64,000 nucleotides of DNA from the human T2T-CHM13v2.0 reference genome, Homo sapiens: contig CP068257.2 in NCBI GenBank assembly GCA_009914755.4, forward strand, positions 31,840,001-31,904,000, given 5' to 3'. Position numbers and translations under genes: made by a program. Under the pieces are notes generated by a model. That model did not search any database. It was not told the origin of the DNA and worked only from the letters and a program-made list of their open reading frames with translations. Every line of letters begins with the position of its first letter. Positions within the stretch are counted from its first letter, which is position 1. Below, one piece after another: positions 1-21,947 of this stretch.

Positions 1-175
1 GGGAAGTCAGAGGCGGAGACTGCAGTGAGCAGACTGCTTCACAATTATCGTTAGTTCTTGCTCTGCTTCATTTCATTTTGTTTTTCTATTGGACTTTAGG
101 TGTAGAACTGTACATTGAAAGAGATGAATTTTTAAAATGTAAACAGATAAAGAAATTTGCTTCCAAAAAATGCTG

Positions 176-363
176 TGGGAGCCAGGAATGGTAGTATGAA
201 CCTGTAGTCCCAGCTACCTGGGAGACTGAGGCAGGAAGATTGCTTGAGACCATGAATTTGAAGCTGTAGTATACTACGACCACATCTGTAAATAGCAACT
301 GTACTCTAGTAGCTGTACAACATAGCAAGACCTCGTCTCTTTAAAAAAAAAAAAAAAAAAAAA
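176..363 (+). mobile_element. Alu monomer (FRAM/AluJ right-half-like) with A-tail
   Basis: Matches Alu right arm (cctgtagtcccagctac...gcttgag), ends in A21 at 340-363. Confidence 0.7.
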
Positions 364-1069
364 GTGCGGACAGAGAGTGGTTGATGGAATTATAAACCAA
401 GATAGGTCCTGATTTTGGGGTGTTTTTTTTTTTAAGCTGGATGATAGACACATGGGATAAAGGAGGTGATGGAATCTTTATACCATTCTCTCTGCTTTTG
501 TTTTATGCCTGTCATTTTCAATTAAAGTTAAAAAAATGATGGAAAGAAAATTAAACAATAGTTTCCTTCACAAATCTCTTCCTCTGATGCTCCCCTGATG
601 TTGCAGCTGGGGAAACAGAGATGGTATTTCTTCCCTAGAGCCGCTGCAGGGCTTCAGTTCCAATGGAGCCTAAGGTTGTTACTATTATCTGCAGAGTACT
701 GTCACTGTTGTCTGACCTTCAATAAGTCACAACAATAATTTTGGGTTACATCAAATTCTGAGCCTTTAAGGATCTTAAAGTACTTACATATATGTTGTAT
801 CAGTAAGTTAAAAATGCTATTGCCTATAATAATTATATTATCACTGGAACTGAAGAAAAGATATTAAGTACACATTTACAAAGTCAAAATGAATCCAGGG
901 CCTACCATATTCTGCTTGGCAATAGTATCTAGAACTCTGATAATCATCTATACAAAACAGCAGTGAAATAAATAGTTCTGGAAAGCCATTCTCAGTTCAA
1001 AGGAACCGGCATTAATTTCCAGGGCAAAAGGTAAGGGATACATGTCACCAACCAGTCTTTCTCACTTAC

Positions 1070-1168
1070 CAATATACCTGCGACAACAGATGCCACAGCA
1101 TTTCTTCTCTCACTCCAGTCAATACATTCACATTCTGGCCAACGAAAATTATCTAGGAAGCCTGCCAT
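1070..1168 (-). CDS. TMEM50B: TMEM50B coding exon 2 (start codon to donor); exon begins about 1176
   Basis: Minus strand reads ATGGCAGGCTTCCTAGATAATTTTCGTTGGCCAGAATGTGAATGTATTGACTGGAGTGAGAGAAGAAATGCTGTGGCATCTGTTGTCGCAGGTATATTG = [33 protein letters not shown], followed by gtaagt donor; upstream cttaag acceptor. Confidence 0.8.
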
Positions 1169-1448
1169 TTTTACTTCTTAAGCATAAATTTTTCATTAAA
1201 TGCTGTATCCTACAAACAGAAAGACAAAAACTAATCAACCTAAGAAAATGTTTTCTAAAAGTAAAATACCTTACTCCTTTCTTAAAGCTTTACACACAAC
1301 TTTACTTTAGGTCCTATTCTACTATAGTTAAGAAAAATTCAATACTTCAACAAGTACCTAATTGAGATGTATATAGGACTACGCTAGGACCCAAGGGGGA
1401 GCTTGCTATTTGATAAATGAGCACTATGGTTTTAAACCATGTCTAGGA

Positions 1449-1802
<354 letters not shown>

Positions 1803-2470
1803 TTATGTCCTACCTTTGAATTTGGGTCAACAATAAAGACTAGTTGACCAGTAGAGTAGAGGAAGTGATGCTATGTAACTTCTCCATGCCACTTCCAAGA
1901 TCAGGTCACAGAAGGCAATGGAGCATCTGCCTGGTTCTCTGGAACACTAATGCTTGGGCTACCATGCTGTAAGGAGACCATTTATAGGTGTTCTGACCCA
2001 CAGTTACAGTTGAGGTCCCAGCTAACAGCTAGTATTAACTGCCAGACATGAGTAAAGACACTTTTAGGTAACTGCTATCCAGCTATAGCACCATCCCAAA
2101 AGTTTGAGCCTTCCCAGGTAAGGCACCAGATATATGGAGCAGAGATACATCATCCTGGCTATGCCCCTTCCAAATTCCTGACCCATAAAATCTAATAAAC
2201 ATAATAAAATGACTGTTTTAAGCCACAGGGTTTTGGCATTAATCTGTAACGCAGTAAGACATAACTGGAAGAAGGAGAAAAATCATATGCCTAAATAACT
2301 ATAGGAGTGTAGCATACTATTTTTAAAAACAAAGATATTATGTAAACATGAAATGTTTCAAGGCCACCATAAATTCTAGAAAGAAATAAAAAAAAATTGA
2401 AAGCACTGGACAGGGCTGAAAAACAGGCAGAAATTGAAAGAAACTTCATCCTTGAAAGAAAGAAAACACA

Positions 2471-3028
<558 letters not shown>

Positions 3029-3198
3029 CAGCCAGTCATGGTAGCATGCACCTGTAATCCCAGCTACTCAGGAGGCCGAAATAGGAGAATCATTTGATCC
3101 CAGGAGGCAGAGGTTGGGGTGAGCCAAGATCACACCACTGCACTCCAGCCTGGGCAACAGAGTGAGACTCCCTCTCAAAGAAAAAAAAAGAAAGAAAA
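3029..3198 (+). mobile_element. Alu right monomer (FRAM-like)
   Basis: Right-arm consensus only, A-tail. Confidence 0.75.
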
Positions 3199-3876
3199 CA
3201 CAGTAAGTGGGATCAGCTGTTCCCCTTAGGAACCCCATTAAACTCCCATTCCCAGCCCAGGGAGTCCCCTTGGCACAAAGTGGCCACAGTGGCAGCAAAA
3301 AGCCACAGTCTTCTTGGCTTGAGATGCCAGAAGATGGGAGTTCAGGACCACCATAACAGCTGGAAATTGAAGGGGGACATCTCGGAAAGGAGTAAGTCAC
3401 AAAGAGAGCCCCAAACACTTTAAAATAAGGGAGACATTTTGGAATTTTCATTCCACCAAGTCAGGGAGGATCAGTAAACACCTTGGGGACATATCCTAAC
3501 AAAATATAAAACCAAGTCTCCACAATTTCAAGGTGATCAGCCAATATTTTAACTGCCTGTTACAATAAAAAGCAATACTTTTCAGATGAAGATAACAAAA
3601 TTGACTCATATTATTCACAACGTCCAATATATACTAAAAAAAATCACTAGACATGCAAAGAACCAGGAAAATGTGATCTATTTTTAAGGAGGAAAAAGAA
3701 CAGTCAATAGAAATAAATCCCAAAATGACTCAGATATTGAAATTAGCAGACAAAGACTTTAAAGCACCCATTATAAAAATCATATTCAAGGACTTACAGG
3801 AAAACATGGTCAAAATAACTGAACCAATGGAGAATCTTAGTAGAGAAAAGGAAACTATTTTTTAAAAAAAGAATCA

Positions 3877-4005
3877 GGAGCCAATGTGATGGCTTGCACC
3901 TGTAATCCCAGCTACTCAGAAGGTCGAGGCAGGAAGATTGCTTGAGGCCAGGACTTCAAGCCCAGCCCAGGCAACATAGCAAGACCCTGTCTCTAAAAAA
4001 TAAAT
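3877..4005 (+). mobile_element. Alu monomer (FLAM/FRAM-like)
   Basis: Single Alu arm, A-rich end. Confidence 0.7.
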
Positions 4006-4038
4006 TAAAATGTAAAAAGATTCAAATGAAAATTCTAG

Positions 4039-4362
<324 letters not shown>

Positions 4363-4390
4363 TTACAATGTTTGAATTTAAAAATTAAAT

Positions 4391-4693
4391 GGGCCGGGCA
4401 GGATGGCTCACACATGTAATCCCAGCACTTTGGGAGGCCGAGGCGGGGGGATCACGAGGTCAAGAGATCGAGACCATCCTGGCCAACATGGTGAAACCCC
4501 GTCTCCACTAAAAATACAAAAACTTAGCTGGGCATGGTAGCAGGCACCTGTAATCCTAGCTACTCAGGAGGCTAAGGCAGTAGAATTGCCTGAACCCAGG
4601 AGGCGGAGGTTGCAGTGAGCCGAGATTGCACCACTGCACTCCAGTCAGGCAACAGAGCAAGATTCCATCTAAAAAATAAATAAATAAATAATT
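4391..4693 (+). mobile_element. Alu
   Basis: Full dimeric consensus, (AAAT)n tail. Confidence 0.9.
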
Positions 4694-4757
4694 AACTAAA
4701 TGAACTTAATCGCAGATTAGATACAGTAGAAGAAAAGGACAGTAAACTTAAACATCA

Positions 4758-5179
<422 letters not shown>

Positions 5180-5461
5180 AATAAATGAAAATTTCTCAAA
5201 TTTGGTGAAAAATATTAACTTATAAATCCAAAAAGCTCAGCAAACTCCAAGGAGGATAAATACAAAGAAAACATCATAATCAAACTGCTGAAAACCAGAG
5301 ATACAGAGAAACTCTTGAAACAGTCTTATGGGGAAAAAAATCAATACAACATATACAGAGACAGAACAATAGGAATGATGGCTGACTTCTAACCAGAACA
5401 AAGGATACTAGAAGACACAGGAATGACACTGTTAATAACGCTTTAAGACAAAAAAAAATCA

Positions 5462-5768
5462 GGCCAGGTGTGGTGGCTCATGCCTGTAATCCCAACACTT
5501 TGGAGACTGAGGTGGGCAGACTGCTTTGAGGCCAGGAGTTCAAGACCAGCCTGGGCAACATGGAGAAACCCCATCTCTAATAAAAATACAAAAATTAGCT
5601 GGGCATGGTGGCCCTTACCTGTAGACCCAGCTACTCAGGAGGCTGAGGCACAGGAATCACTTGAACCCAGGAGCTGGAGGTTGCAGTGAGCCGAGATCGC
5701 ACCACTGCACTCCAGCCTGGGCAAAAAAGTGAGACTCTGTCTCGGAAGAAAAAAAAAAAAAAAAAAAA
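5462..5768 (+). mobile_element. Alu
   Basis: Dimeric consensus, A20 tail. Confidence 0.9.
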
Positions 5769-5817
5769 CTCAATCCCAAATTCTATACCCAGCAAAAATA
5801 TTCTCCAAAAATGAGGA

Positions 5818-5960
5818 TAGCCAAGCATGGTGGTGTGCACTTGTAGTCTCAGCTACTCAGGAGGCTGAGATGCAAGGATCACTTGTGCCCAGAAGTTCGA
5901 GGTTACAGTGAGCTATGACAGGTGACACAGTGAGACCTTGTCTCAAAAAAAAAAAAAAAA
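5818..5960 (+). mobile_element. Alu right monomer
   Basis: Right-arm consensus, A16 tail. Confidence 0.75.
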
Positions 5961-6478
5961 CAAGAAGGTGACAGCAATTCTACTCCTATCTAACTACCCA
6001 AGAGAAATGAAAATATATCTTCACAATAACTTGTTCATAGCAGCATTATTCGTAATTGCCACGGAGTGGAAGCAACCAAACATACATCAACGAATGGATA
6101 AATAAAACATAGCACATCCATACAACGAAATACAAATTCAGCAACAAAAAGGAAAGAGGTTCCTACTGATAGATGCTACATGAACGAACCTCAACAACTG
6201 ACTAAGTAAAAGACAGAAGACCATATATTGTGTGATTCCATTTACAAGAAACATCCAGAATAGGCAAATCTATAGACATAAAGCGGATTAGTGGCTGTCT
6301 AGGGATGGGGAGAAGAAAGATACAAAGTGACTGCAAAAGGCTACAAGATTCTAAAACTAGATTGTGGCAATGACTGCACAGCTCCGTAAATACTAAAAAT
6401 CATTCGACTGTACACTTAAAACAGGTGAATGTTACAGTATATATACTGTATCTCAACAAAGCTGTGTTTTTTGGGGGG
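5961..6478 (+). mobile_element. L1 3' end fragment (old L1M-type)
   Basis: Matches L1 ORF2 C-terminus and 3'UTR (catagcagcattattcgtaat...ggctgtctagggatgggg...ctgtacacttaaaacaggtgaat). Confidence 0.65.
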
Positions 6479-6490
6479 CAGGGGAGGGGG

Positions 6491-6628
6491 TTGTTGTTGT
6501 TTTTTTTAAGAGAGACAGGGTTTCAACCCAGTTGTCCAAGCTGGTCTTAAACTCCTGAACTCAAGCGATCTGCCTGCCTCAGCCTCCCAAAATGCTGAGA
6601 TTACAGGTGTGCACCACCATTCCCAGCC
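6491..6628 (-). mobile_element. Alu left monomer (FLAM-like), inverted
   Basis: Reverse complement of Alu left arm ending ...ccaccattcccagcc. Confidence 0.7.
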
Positions 6629-6793
6629 AGTTTTCTTTTTTTTAATAAGAGTAAAATAATGGTACTTCCAGGTAAACAAAAATTGAGATAATTCATCACC
6701 AAACCTGCGCTAAGAAAGAAATGCTAAAGGGAATTCTTCAAGCTGAAAGGAATGATACCCGATGAAACTGAGACCTACAAGAAAAACTGAAGA

Positions 6794-7277
<484 letters not shown>

Positions 7278-7289
7278 TTACAGAAGGTC

Positions 7290-8170
7290 CAAACACTGAA
7301 AACACAGACTGGGAGACAATATTTACAAAATGATTATCTGGCAAAGGACTTGTCCTTGCATATATAAAGAACTCCTAAACATTAATAATAAAAAGAAAAA
7401 ATATAGGCAATAAAAAGTATATGAGACTCGAACAGACAATTCATGACCAATAAGCACTGAAAAAGATGTTCAACATCATTAGTCAACAGGGAAATGCAAA
7501 TTAATGAAAGATACCTCACACCTACTATAACAGCTAAACTTAAAAAGATTGACAACGCCAAATGTCAGTGAGGATGTAGAACAAATAAAATTCTCACAAC
7601 ACGTTTCTGATGGCAGTTTTATAAGGTTAAAAATAAATCTCTCTAAAACTCAGTAATTTCATTCCTAGGTGTTTACCCAAGGGAAGTAAAAACATCAACA
7701 CATACAAAAAGGTTTGTACAGGAAAGCTTATAGCAGTTTTATTCATAATAGTGCAAAACAGAAACAACCTAAATGTTCATCAATAGAAGATGGTAAAACA
7801 AATTATGTCTGTTCACACAATGGAATACTAAGCAATAGAAAAAATATGAACCAATACGTATTTTAATTCTCATATAAAAAATCTCAAAAACATGACTTGA
7901 GTAAAAGAAGGCAGATACAGAAGAGTATATACTATATGACTCCATTTAAACGAATTTTAAGAAGAGGTAAAACTAATCAATAGTCACAAAAATCAAAACA
8001 GTGGCTACCTACAAGGGGAGAGGACCAACTAGAAGGAACTTTTTGGGGTGAATGGAAATATTCAATATCTTGATTGGGATAGTGGTTATGCAAGTAAATA
8101 CACTTATCAAGTCACTGAAGTGTACACTTAAGATCTGTCTGTACAGATCTTAAAATTTTAAATTTTTTAT
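7290..8170 (+). mobile_element. L1 ORF2 C-terminal/3' region (old subfamily)
   Basis: Colinear with L1 ORF2 end (aaagatgttcaacatcattagtcaacagggaaatgcaaatta...ggaagtaaaaacatcaacacatacaaaaa...ccatttaaacgaatt). Confidence 0.65.
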
Positions 8171-8303
8171 CATTTAGCTATGCTTTAGTTACACTAAAGT
8201 ATTATTCTGAATGCAATATGAACACATTTTATCAAGATATTCTACAGACAAGTTAATGAATTATTATAAAAGATTAAGTAGTAACTGGTTAAAAGCAAGT
8301 ATG

Positions 8304-8681
<378 letters not shown>

Positions 8682-9116
8682 TTAATCTATTATAAATTAT
8701 TATATAAGCAGAAATGAGGTAGGTATTTCCACACACAGATTTATAAAACAAGTCATAATCTCCTCCCAACTAGGGCTTAAATTGGGTCAGAGATGGGGTG
8801 GGACAAAGGAACAGGAAAACAAATTTATACAAATAATGACTATGAAGGAAATGCATAGGATCCTAAGAGAATAAAGGGGAAGCTTATTTCAGAATGAGTG
8901 GTCAGGGAAAGCCTCTTTGAAGAGGTAAAGTTTGCTAAAATTAAAAAAAACCTACTGAAATTTAAAAGCTGAGTAAAGTTAATTAGATTAAATAGAAGTA
9001 AAAGGAGTAGAGCAGAGAGAGGGAAAAATATACACAAAGCCCCTAAATCCCTTAGTACCAGCAAGGAAGAATTAGCTGCTACCTAGGAGAATCAGGATAA
9101 AGAAAGAAAGTAAAGG

Positions 9117-9367
9117 TGGCAGGGTTCAGTGGCTCATGTCTGTAATCCTAGCACTTTGGGAGGCCAAGGTGGGCAGATCATTTGAGGTCAGGAGTTCGAG
9201 GCCAGCCTGGCCAACATGGTGAAACCCTGGCTCTACTAAAAATACAAAAATTAGCCGGGCATGGTGGCGGGCACCTGTAATCCCAGCTACTCAGGAGTCA
9301 GATGCAGGAAAATCACTTGAACCCAGGAGGTGGAGGTTGCAGTGAGCTGAGATCACACCACTGCATT
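9117..9367 (+). mobile_element. Alu, 3'-truncated
   Basis: Alu consensus ending at ccactgcattgc, no tail. Confidence 0.85.
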
Positions 9368-9460
9368 GCCCAAGCTGGTCCCTAACTTCTGGCCCCAAGT
9401 GATTCTTCCATTTCAGCCCCCCTAGAGTAGCTGGGATTACAGGTGCAAGCCATGGTGCCC
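9368..9460 (-). mobile_element. Inverted Alu left-arm fragment fused to the preceding Alu
   Basis: Reverse complement of the Alu left arm (gctggtc...gcctcccaaagtgctgggattacaggc...) joined directly to the truncated + Alu. Confidence 0.75.
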
Positions 9461-9530
9461 TAACAAATATGTTTAGAAGAGTTGTAGGACACTGTTTGCC
9501 AGAAAGAGTCAAGGAAAGATCAATAAATTA

Positions 9531-10182
<652 letters not shown>

Positions 10183-10236
10183 GCAATGGCTACCAAGAGG
10201 TAGAAGTGGTCTAGTCAAAGCAAAAGCAGATTGGTC

Positions 10237-10380
10237 TGGCAAGGCAAAATGGCTCATGCCTATTATCCCAACACTTTGGGAGGCCAAAGTAAAATGATCG
10301 CTTGAGGCAAGGAGTTTGAGACCAGCCTGGGCAAAACAGGCAGACCTTGTCTCTACAAAGAAAAAATATATATATAATAA
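10237..10380 (+). mobile_element. Alu monomer (FLAM_C-like)
   Basis: Left-arm-like monomer, A/TA-rich tail. Confidence 0.7.
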
Positions 10381-10439
10381 AATGAAATGAAAATTAAAGC
10401 GGACTGGTCAAGAGGAAAGGTCATGCATGGCAACAGTTT

Positions 10440-10930
10440 TTTTTTAATGCTCCAGGCATTTTGCTGGTTGACTTTCCACCGGACCAAAAAACAATAACAT
10501 CTGTTTACTATGAGAGTATTTTGAGAAAGCCAAAGCTTTAGCAGAAAAACACCCCGGAAAGCTTCGCCAAAGAGTCCTCTACCACAAACAACAACGCTCC
10601 TGGCTCATTTCTCTCATCAAACAAAGGCAATTTTACAAGAGTTCCGATGGGAAATCATTAGGCATCCACCCTAACAGTCCTGATCTGGCTCCTCTGACTT
10701 CTTTTTGTTTCCTAATCTTCAAACATCTTTAAAAGGCACCCATTTTTCTTCAGTTAATAATGTAACAAAGACTGCACTGACATGGTTAAACTCCCAGGAC
10801 CCTCAGTTCTTTAGGGATGGGCTAAATGGCTGCTATCACTGCTTACAAAAGTGTCTTGAACTTGATGGAGCTTACACTGAGAAACACAGTTTATATTTTT
10901 TACTTGTGCTTTTTAATTCCATTTTTACAC
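10440..10930 (+). mobile_element. Hsmar2 mariner DNA-transposon remnant (3' part of transposase gene)
   Basis: Frames encode HPNSPDLAPLTSFCFLIFKHL and ...SQDPQFFRDGLNGCYHCLQKCLELDGAYTEK, typical of mariner transposase C-terminus. Confidence 0.6.
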
Positions 10931-11235
10931 AGACTTTCTGAAGTCCCCTGATATATTTCAAAATAACTAGAAAAGAGGACTTGAAATGTTCAAAACACAC
11001 AGAAATGATAAATACTTGAGGTGATGGAGACTCTAAATACCCTATTTATTACACGTGCTATGCACATAACAAAATATCTTATGTACCCCATAACTATATA
11101 CAAATATTATGTATTAATCATAAAAAAGAAACATTGAGAGACTGAAAAATACCCTTTGGAATTTAAAAACATGATGGTAGAAACTTTCTTAAATTCCAAA
11201 TAGAAGGGTTGGGGAATAAAAGTTAAGAAAATAGA

Positions 11236-12285
<1,050 letters not shown>

Positions 12286-12296
12286 TTAGAAGACCA

Positions 12297-13205
<909 letters not shown>

Positions 13206-13356
13206 TCAGCTTGGAATTCTTAACAGTAAAACTACAAGCAAGATGACAATGGGGCAGTAAGTTCAAAACTCTGTAGGAAAATTATTTCCAACTAAAAGAT
13301 TTTTACCAGCCAAAATATCAATCAAGTATGAGGATAGCACCAAAACATATTCAGAA

Positions 13357-13461
13357 GCATTTTGAGAGGCCAAGGCAGGTGGATCACTTGAAGCCAGGAG
13401 TTCAAGACCAGCCTGGCCAACATGGCGAAACCCCGTCTCTATTTAAACAACAACAAAAAAA
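13357..13461 (+). mobile_element. Alu left-arm fragment
   Basis: gaggccaaggcaggtggatcacttgaagccaggagttcaagaccagcctggccaacatggcgaaaccccgtctc. Confidence 0.75.
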
Positions 13462-14254
13462 TATTCAGACACGCAAGGTCTCCAAAAAAGTAACTCTTCT
13501 TCTAAAAATGTAACTCTTCTTGTCAAGAAGCTACTGGAGTTTGAGCTTCACCAGGGAGAGTAAATTAATAAAAGAGAATACAGGATACAGGAAAGATCCT
13601 GCACAGAAGAGCTAAAAAGAATCCAGCTGTGCCCCAGAAGCAGCAGATAATCAGGCCAGACTGAAGCAGTGTAACTCAGGACATAATGTCCTGGCTGCTA
13701 TAGCAGTTTTTTGTGGGGGATTTTGTGCCTTTATACAAAACAATCTTTTAATAAATCCACTGGAATATAGCAGCTTTTGAAGCTGAGGACTGAATGCTCC
13801 AGGAACTTGGCCCAGAGCCTATCTGTACTCAGTGGGGCTTGGCTTGATCTTGAGCACATGCTGATGCAGTTCCTGCTCTCCTTGCAAGGCGTGCAGCCTT
13901 CGTCAGCAGAGGACACTCACTTCCCCCTCAGAGAGGTTCTGCTTTCACCTACCCTGTTAACTACAGGTAGGCCATGGTGAGCTAAGAAGCAGAAAATGCA
14001 GAGAAGCCCACTCCTTCTGACCTTATTTTTGTTGTCTTTCCATTACTTGGTCCACTAGAACCTTCCAGATACCCTGACTGAGGTGACTCCCCTTTCCTAG
14101 GACTCATAACACAGCCCACAAACTTCCTCAGAAAGGCCCCCTGTAAACGGGCAAGGGATCTGAAGCCATTCTGTTCAGCTCATCTTTTCCTAAAAACCTT
14201 CATCTAAGTGGCTGTCCTTTCCTTAGTGAAGTTTGACGTTATAATTATAAAATG

Positions 14255-15219
<965 letters not shown>

Positions 15220-15437
15220 TTATTACCGTTTATTTAATGAACAGCCCACTATTAATAAAGATGCAGACAGTTTATAGCCCTCTGAGGCTTAACTGTAGAA
15301 ATTAATGAGGTGTTTTGATTTTATAGCCTGGTAAGAAAATCAATCCCAAAGATATTATGATTTTGTTGCCCTGTGGAACATTAACCAATCAAACTAACTT
15401 AGCCACAATACTGAGACATTTCTTTCCCTACAAATTA

Positions 15438-15780
<343 letters not shown>

Positions 15781-15872
15781 CAGCTCTTTGAGGTACTCTC
15801 AATAATAGTAAAACAAAACTGAAACACGCTCCCTATCTATCTGCATGAGAATTGTGTTTGTAACACCATTCA

Positions 15873-16682
<810 letters not shown>

Positions 16683-16698
16683 AGCAAGAGAAAGATAA

Positions 16699-17073
<375 letters not shown>

Positions 17074-17185
17074 TAATCTGGTAGTGGATACAAAATGATC
17101 ATTGCAATAGTATTCTTTAAATTATACATGTTTTATATGCTTTTTTGTACCTGAGATAAAATTTGCAATGAAAGAAATTATTACT

Positions 17186-17475
17186 ATTTTTTTTTGGGAG
17201 ATGGAGTCTCGCTCTGTCGCCCAGGCTGGAGTGCAGTGGCACGATCTTGGCTCACTGTAACTCCCGCCTCCTGGATTCAAGCAGTTATCTGCCCCCACCT
17301 CCCAAGTAGCTGGGATTACAGGGGCCCATCACCAGGCCCGGCTACTTTTTTGTATTTTTAGTAGAGACAGGGTTTCACCATCTTGGCCAGGCTGGTCTTG
17401 AACTCCTGACCTCGTGATCCACCCGCCTTGGCCTCCCAAAGTGCTGGGAATACAGGCGTGAGCCACCGCGCCCAG
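17186..17475 (-). mobile_element. Alu, inverted
   Basis: T-run then reverse-complement Alu; TSD gaaattatt/gaaattact. Confidence 0.9.
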
Positions 17476-17503
17476 GAAGAAATTACTTTTAAAAAAGAAC
17501 AAG

Positions 17504-17796
<293 letters not shown>

Positions 17797-17944
17797 TTAT
17801 CACTTCTGCCAACCCAATTAAATGAGGCAATATAACCTTAAGGTCAACACCACTTCGTGGTAAGAAGAGTAATAAATCCTCTATTATTTAATACAGTCTT
17901 CAAAATTTTCTGTTCCAGCCTCTAAATATAAAAGAATATATAGA

Positions 17945-18274
<330 letters not shown>

Positions 18275-18313
18275 CTACTGCTTTTAAATTATAAAATCTT
18301 TTAAGTTATAACA

Positions 18314-18648
<335 letters not shown>

Positions 18649-18850
18649 TTATATCAAAGTACAATCATCTGTTTATATTATCTACTTGAAACTTACCCTA
18701 GAACGACAAAAAGATTTTCATAAAGCAAAGCTTTTAATGGCTAAAACCCAGAAACAGTCAAAATGTCCATCAATAAGGAACCAAAAAATGTATATTAGGG
18801 TACATCCAAACAACGGTATACCATGCAACATTCTGAAAATGAGGCAAGTT

Positions 18851-19122
18851 GGCTGGGCAGGATGGCTCACACCTGTAATCCCAGCACTTTGAGAGGCTGA
18901 GGCAGGTGGATGGCTTGAGTTCAGGAATTCAAGACCAGCCTGGGCAATATGAGAAACCCGTCTCTACAAAAATTACAAAAATTAGGCATGGTGGCACTCG
19001 CCTATAGTCTCAGCTTCTCAGGAGGCTGAGGTGGGAGGATCGTTTGAGCCCAAGGCTGCAGCAAGCCGTGAGGGAACCACTGCACTCCAGCCTGGGCAAC
19101 ACAGTGAGACCCGGTCTCCAAA
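18851..19122 (+). mobile_element. Alu (AluJ-like)
   Basis: Diverged dimeric Alu. Confidence 0.8.
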
Positions 19123-19386
19123 GTGAGGGGTGGGGTTGGGAGGAAATGAGGTAGGTCTCCACGTGCTTATGAAGGAAATGTGTCCTTATATTATCATCAG
19201 TTGCCGAGCAATATTATAATATAATACCCTCCTAGGGAATGGAATTGAGGATGTAAAGAGTGAACAAACAAGGAATTCTAACTTGACATACCTCTGCGCT
19301 GTCTGAATTTTACTTGATATTCTTCTGTCATGTTTAAATGTTTTAAACAACCTGAATGTTACTTTAATCATTTAAAAAGTAAAACG

Positions 19387-19650
<264 letters not shown>

Positions 19651-19685
19651 ATATATATATATACATAAGTTAAAAATAAACTTTA

Positions 19686-20012
<327 letters not shown>

Positions 20013-20027
20013 TAAAAGGCCAGGCGC

Positions 20028-20343
<316 letters not shown>

Positions 20344-21669
20344 TTACCTTGGCCCCCAGAAGTGAATTCAGAATTCAGAAAAGACTAGCCAGTGTAAGGC
20401 TGCTGTAACCCTAGTTGACAGAGAGGAGGGATTGGGGTGGTGAGTGGGAAGGCTGTGTCTCCGGAAGAAGAAATATACGTCCCCACCTCACTCTAATTAA
20501 ACCTGCTTTTCCAGCGCGATAAATATTCAAGATAACTTTTGGTTTGCATTTCAATAACAAAGTCTTGCACCACTATCTTCAGTTTAAAAAAAAAGTTTAA
20601 TGTTTGCTCTACGTTTGAAATGCATGCAGGTTTAAAAGACAAGAAACAAAATGATGAAAAAGTGTGACCGGCCTGAGAGTTCAGAGCCTCTGAAGTGTCA
20701 AGGGATCCACAGTGCAGGTAGGATGAAGAGTCTGAGAAGGGAGATGGGATCCTCCGAAAAGAGAAAATCGGGTCTTACAGCGCGATGTAAGACGATGCGG
20801 ATGCCACTTCCCTCCCACCCCGTCCCGTCCGAGGCCTCCGCCCCCTGCCCCTCCGCACCCCCCGACCCAGGCACGCGCAGCGGGGAGCAGCCCAGCCTAG
20901 CCCGTCTCACTGCTTTGGTTTTGAAAGGTCACGTATTTACCTTAGAATTTCAGCACCTTCCAACTTACTGTTTTAAGTACCTTTAACCAGCCTATTGGCT
21001 AAAAACCGAAACGGTCCTACCCGCGACTACCACTGCTCCAGTGACAATGCTCTGCTGCTACTTATTTAACGGAGCTCAAGGTTTATAATTCTCGAAAGAA
21101 TGTTGTTCCCCTTCCCTTTCCCCTCCCGCCTCTGTACTTGACTCTCGTAAGAATGAAATCAGAAAAGTGCAGAAAACACAGGCTCCTAGCAATGGTTCGG
21201 GGCAAACGGGAGGGGCGAAGAAGGGCTGGAGCCGCCCCGGGGCCCTCGCTCCGGCCTCGGGAGGGCGTCGCGGCCGCAGCAGGGCGTCCCGAAAACCGTC
21301 GCCTCCGTGCCCGCCGCGCGAGAAGGTGAAAGGCACGAGATGGAGCCTCTCCAGCCCTCCCCAGGAACGCAACCTGACGGCGTGACAGCGCGGCAGGGCA
21401 GCCTCCCCGGGCTGCTTGCGGGTCGCGGCGGCGCCACGGTCACGGTCGGCCCGAAGGGACGCGGGCAGGGGCAAGAAGGGGCGGCGGGGGCTCCGCGGGC
21501 CCGAGTCTGCAGGCCGGCGCCGAACGCAGGGAAAACCCGGCTGGACGGCCCCACAGCCCCCAGAAGGCCGGGCCGGACAGGGCCCGACGAGGGAGCCTCC
21601 TTACGCGCGGGCGGCGGGCGCGAGCCCTCTACGGTTGCCTGGCGCCGGAGACCCACAGACAGGACTCAC

Positions 21670-21800
21670 CCAGCTTCCTCAAACGCCCACGCCGACTTCA
21701 GGCGCGCGCGCAGGAAGGAGACTGCTGCGCCACAACCCTGCCGGCGTCCCGCGGCTCCACCTCAGCCCCGGGAGCCCGGAGCTGGGAGCAGACGCGAGGA
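21670..21800 (-). other. TMEM50B: Putative TMEM50B non-coding exon 1 (3' boundary from donor; TSS not determined)
   Basis: Minus-strand consensus donor GGAAGCTGG|gtgagt at 21670/21669, just downstream of the CCAAT/GC modules. Confidence 0.35.
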
Positions 21801-21843
21801 TAGAGCGCCGGTGAGGCGGGGCGAGGCGCCGTGTGCACCGCAG

Positions 21844-21888
21844 CGACCAATCGGAGCGCAGCAAGTGGCCGGCCGGGGGCGGGGCGGG
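21844..21888. promoter_or_regulatory. CCAAT box + Sp1-type GC box module, copy 1
   Basis: cgaccaatcggagcgcagcaagtggccggccgggggcggggcggg. Confidence 0.55.
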
Positions 21889-21947
21889 ACGCGAGGGGGC
21901 GGGGAGAGGGCGTTGGCTGGGCGCAGCGGGACGCCGGGCGCTCCTCG

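Noticed and set aside
1042-1365. 107-aa plus-strand ORF
   Set aside because: It overlaps, on the opposite strand, the recognisable TMEM50B start-codon exon and intron; it is AT-rich low-complexity.
13505-14230. Possible LTR-like element (starts tgtgggg..., internal aataaa)
   Set aside because: I cannot match it to a family I know with confidence, and the boundaries are unclear, so it is left unannotated.
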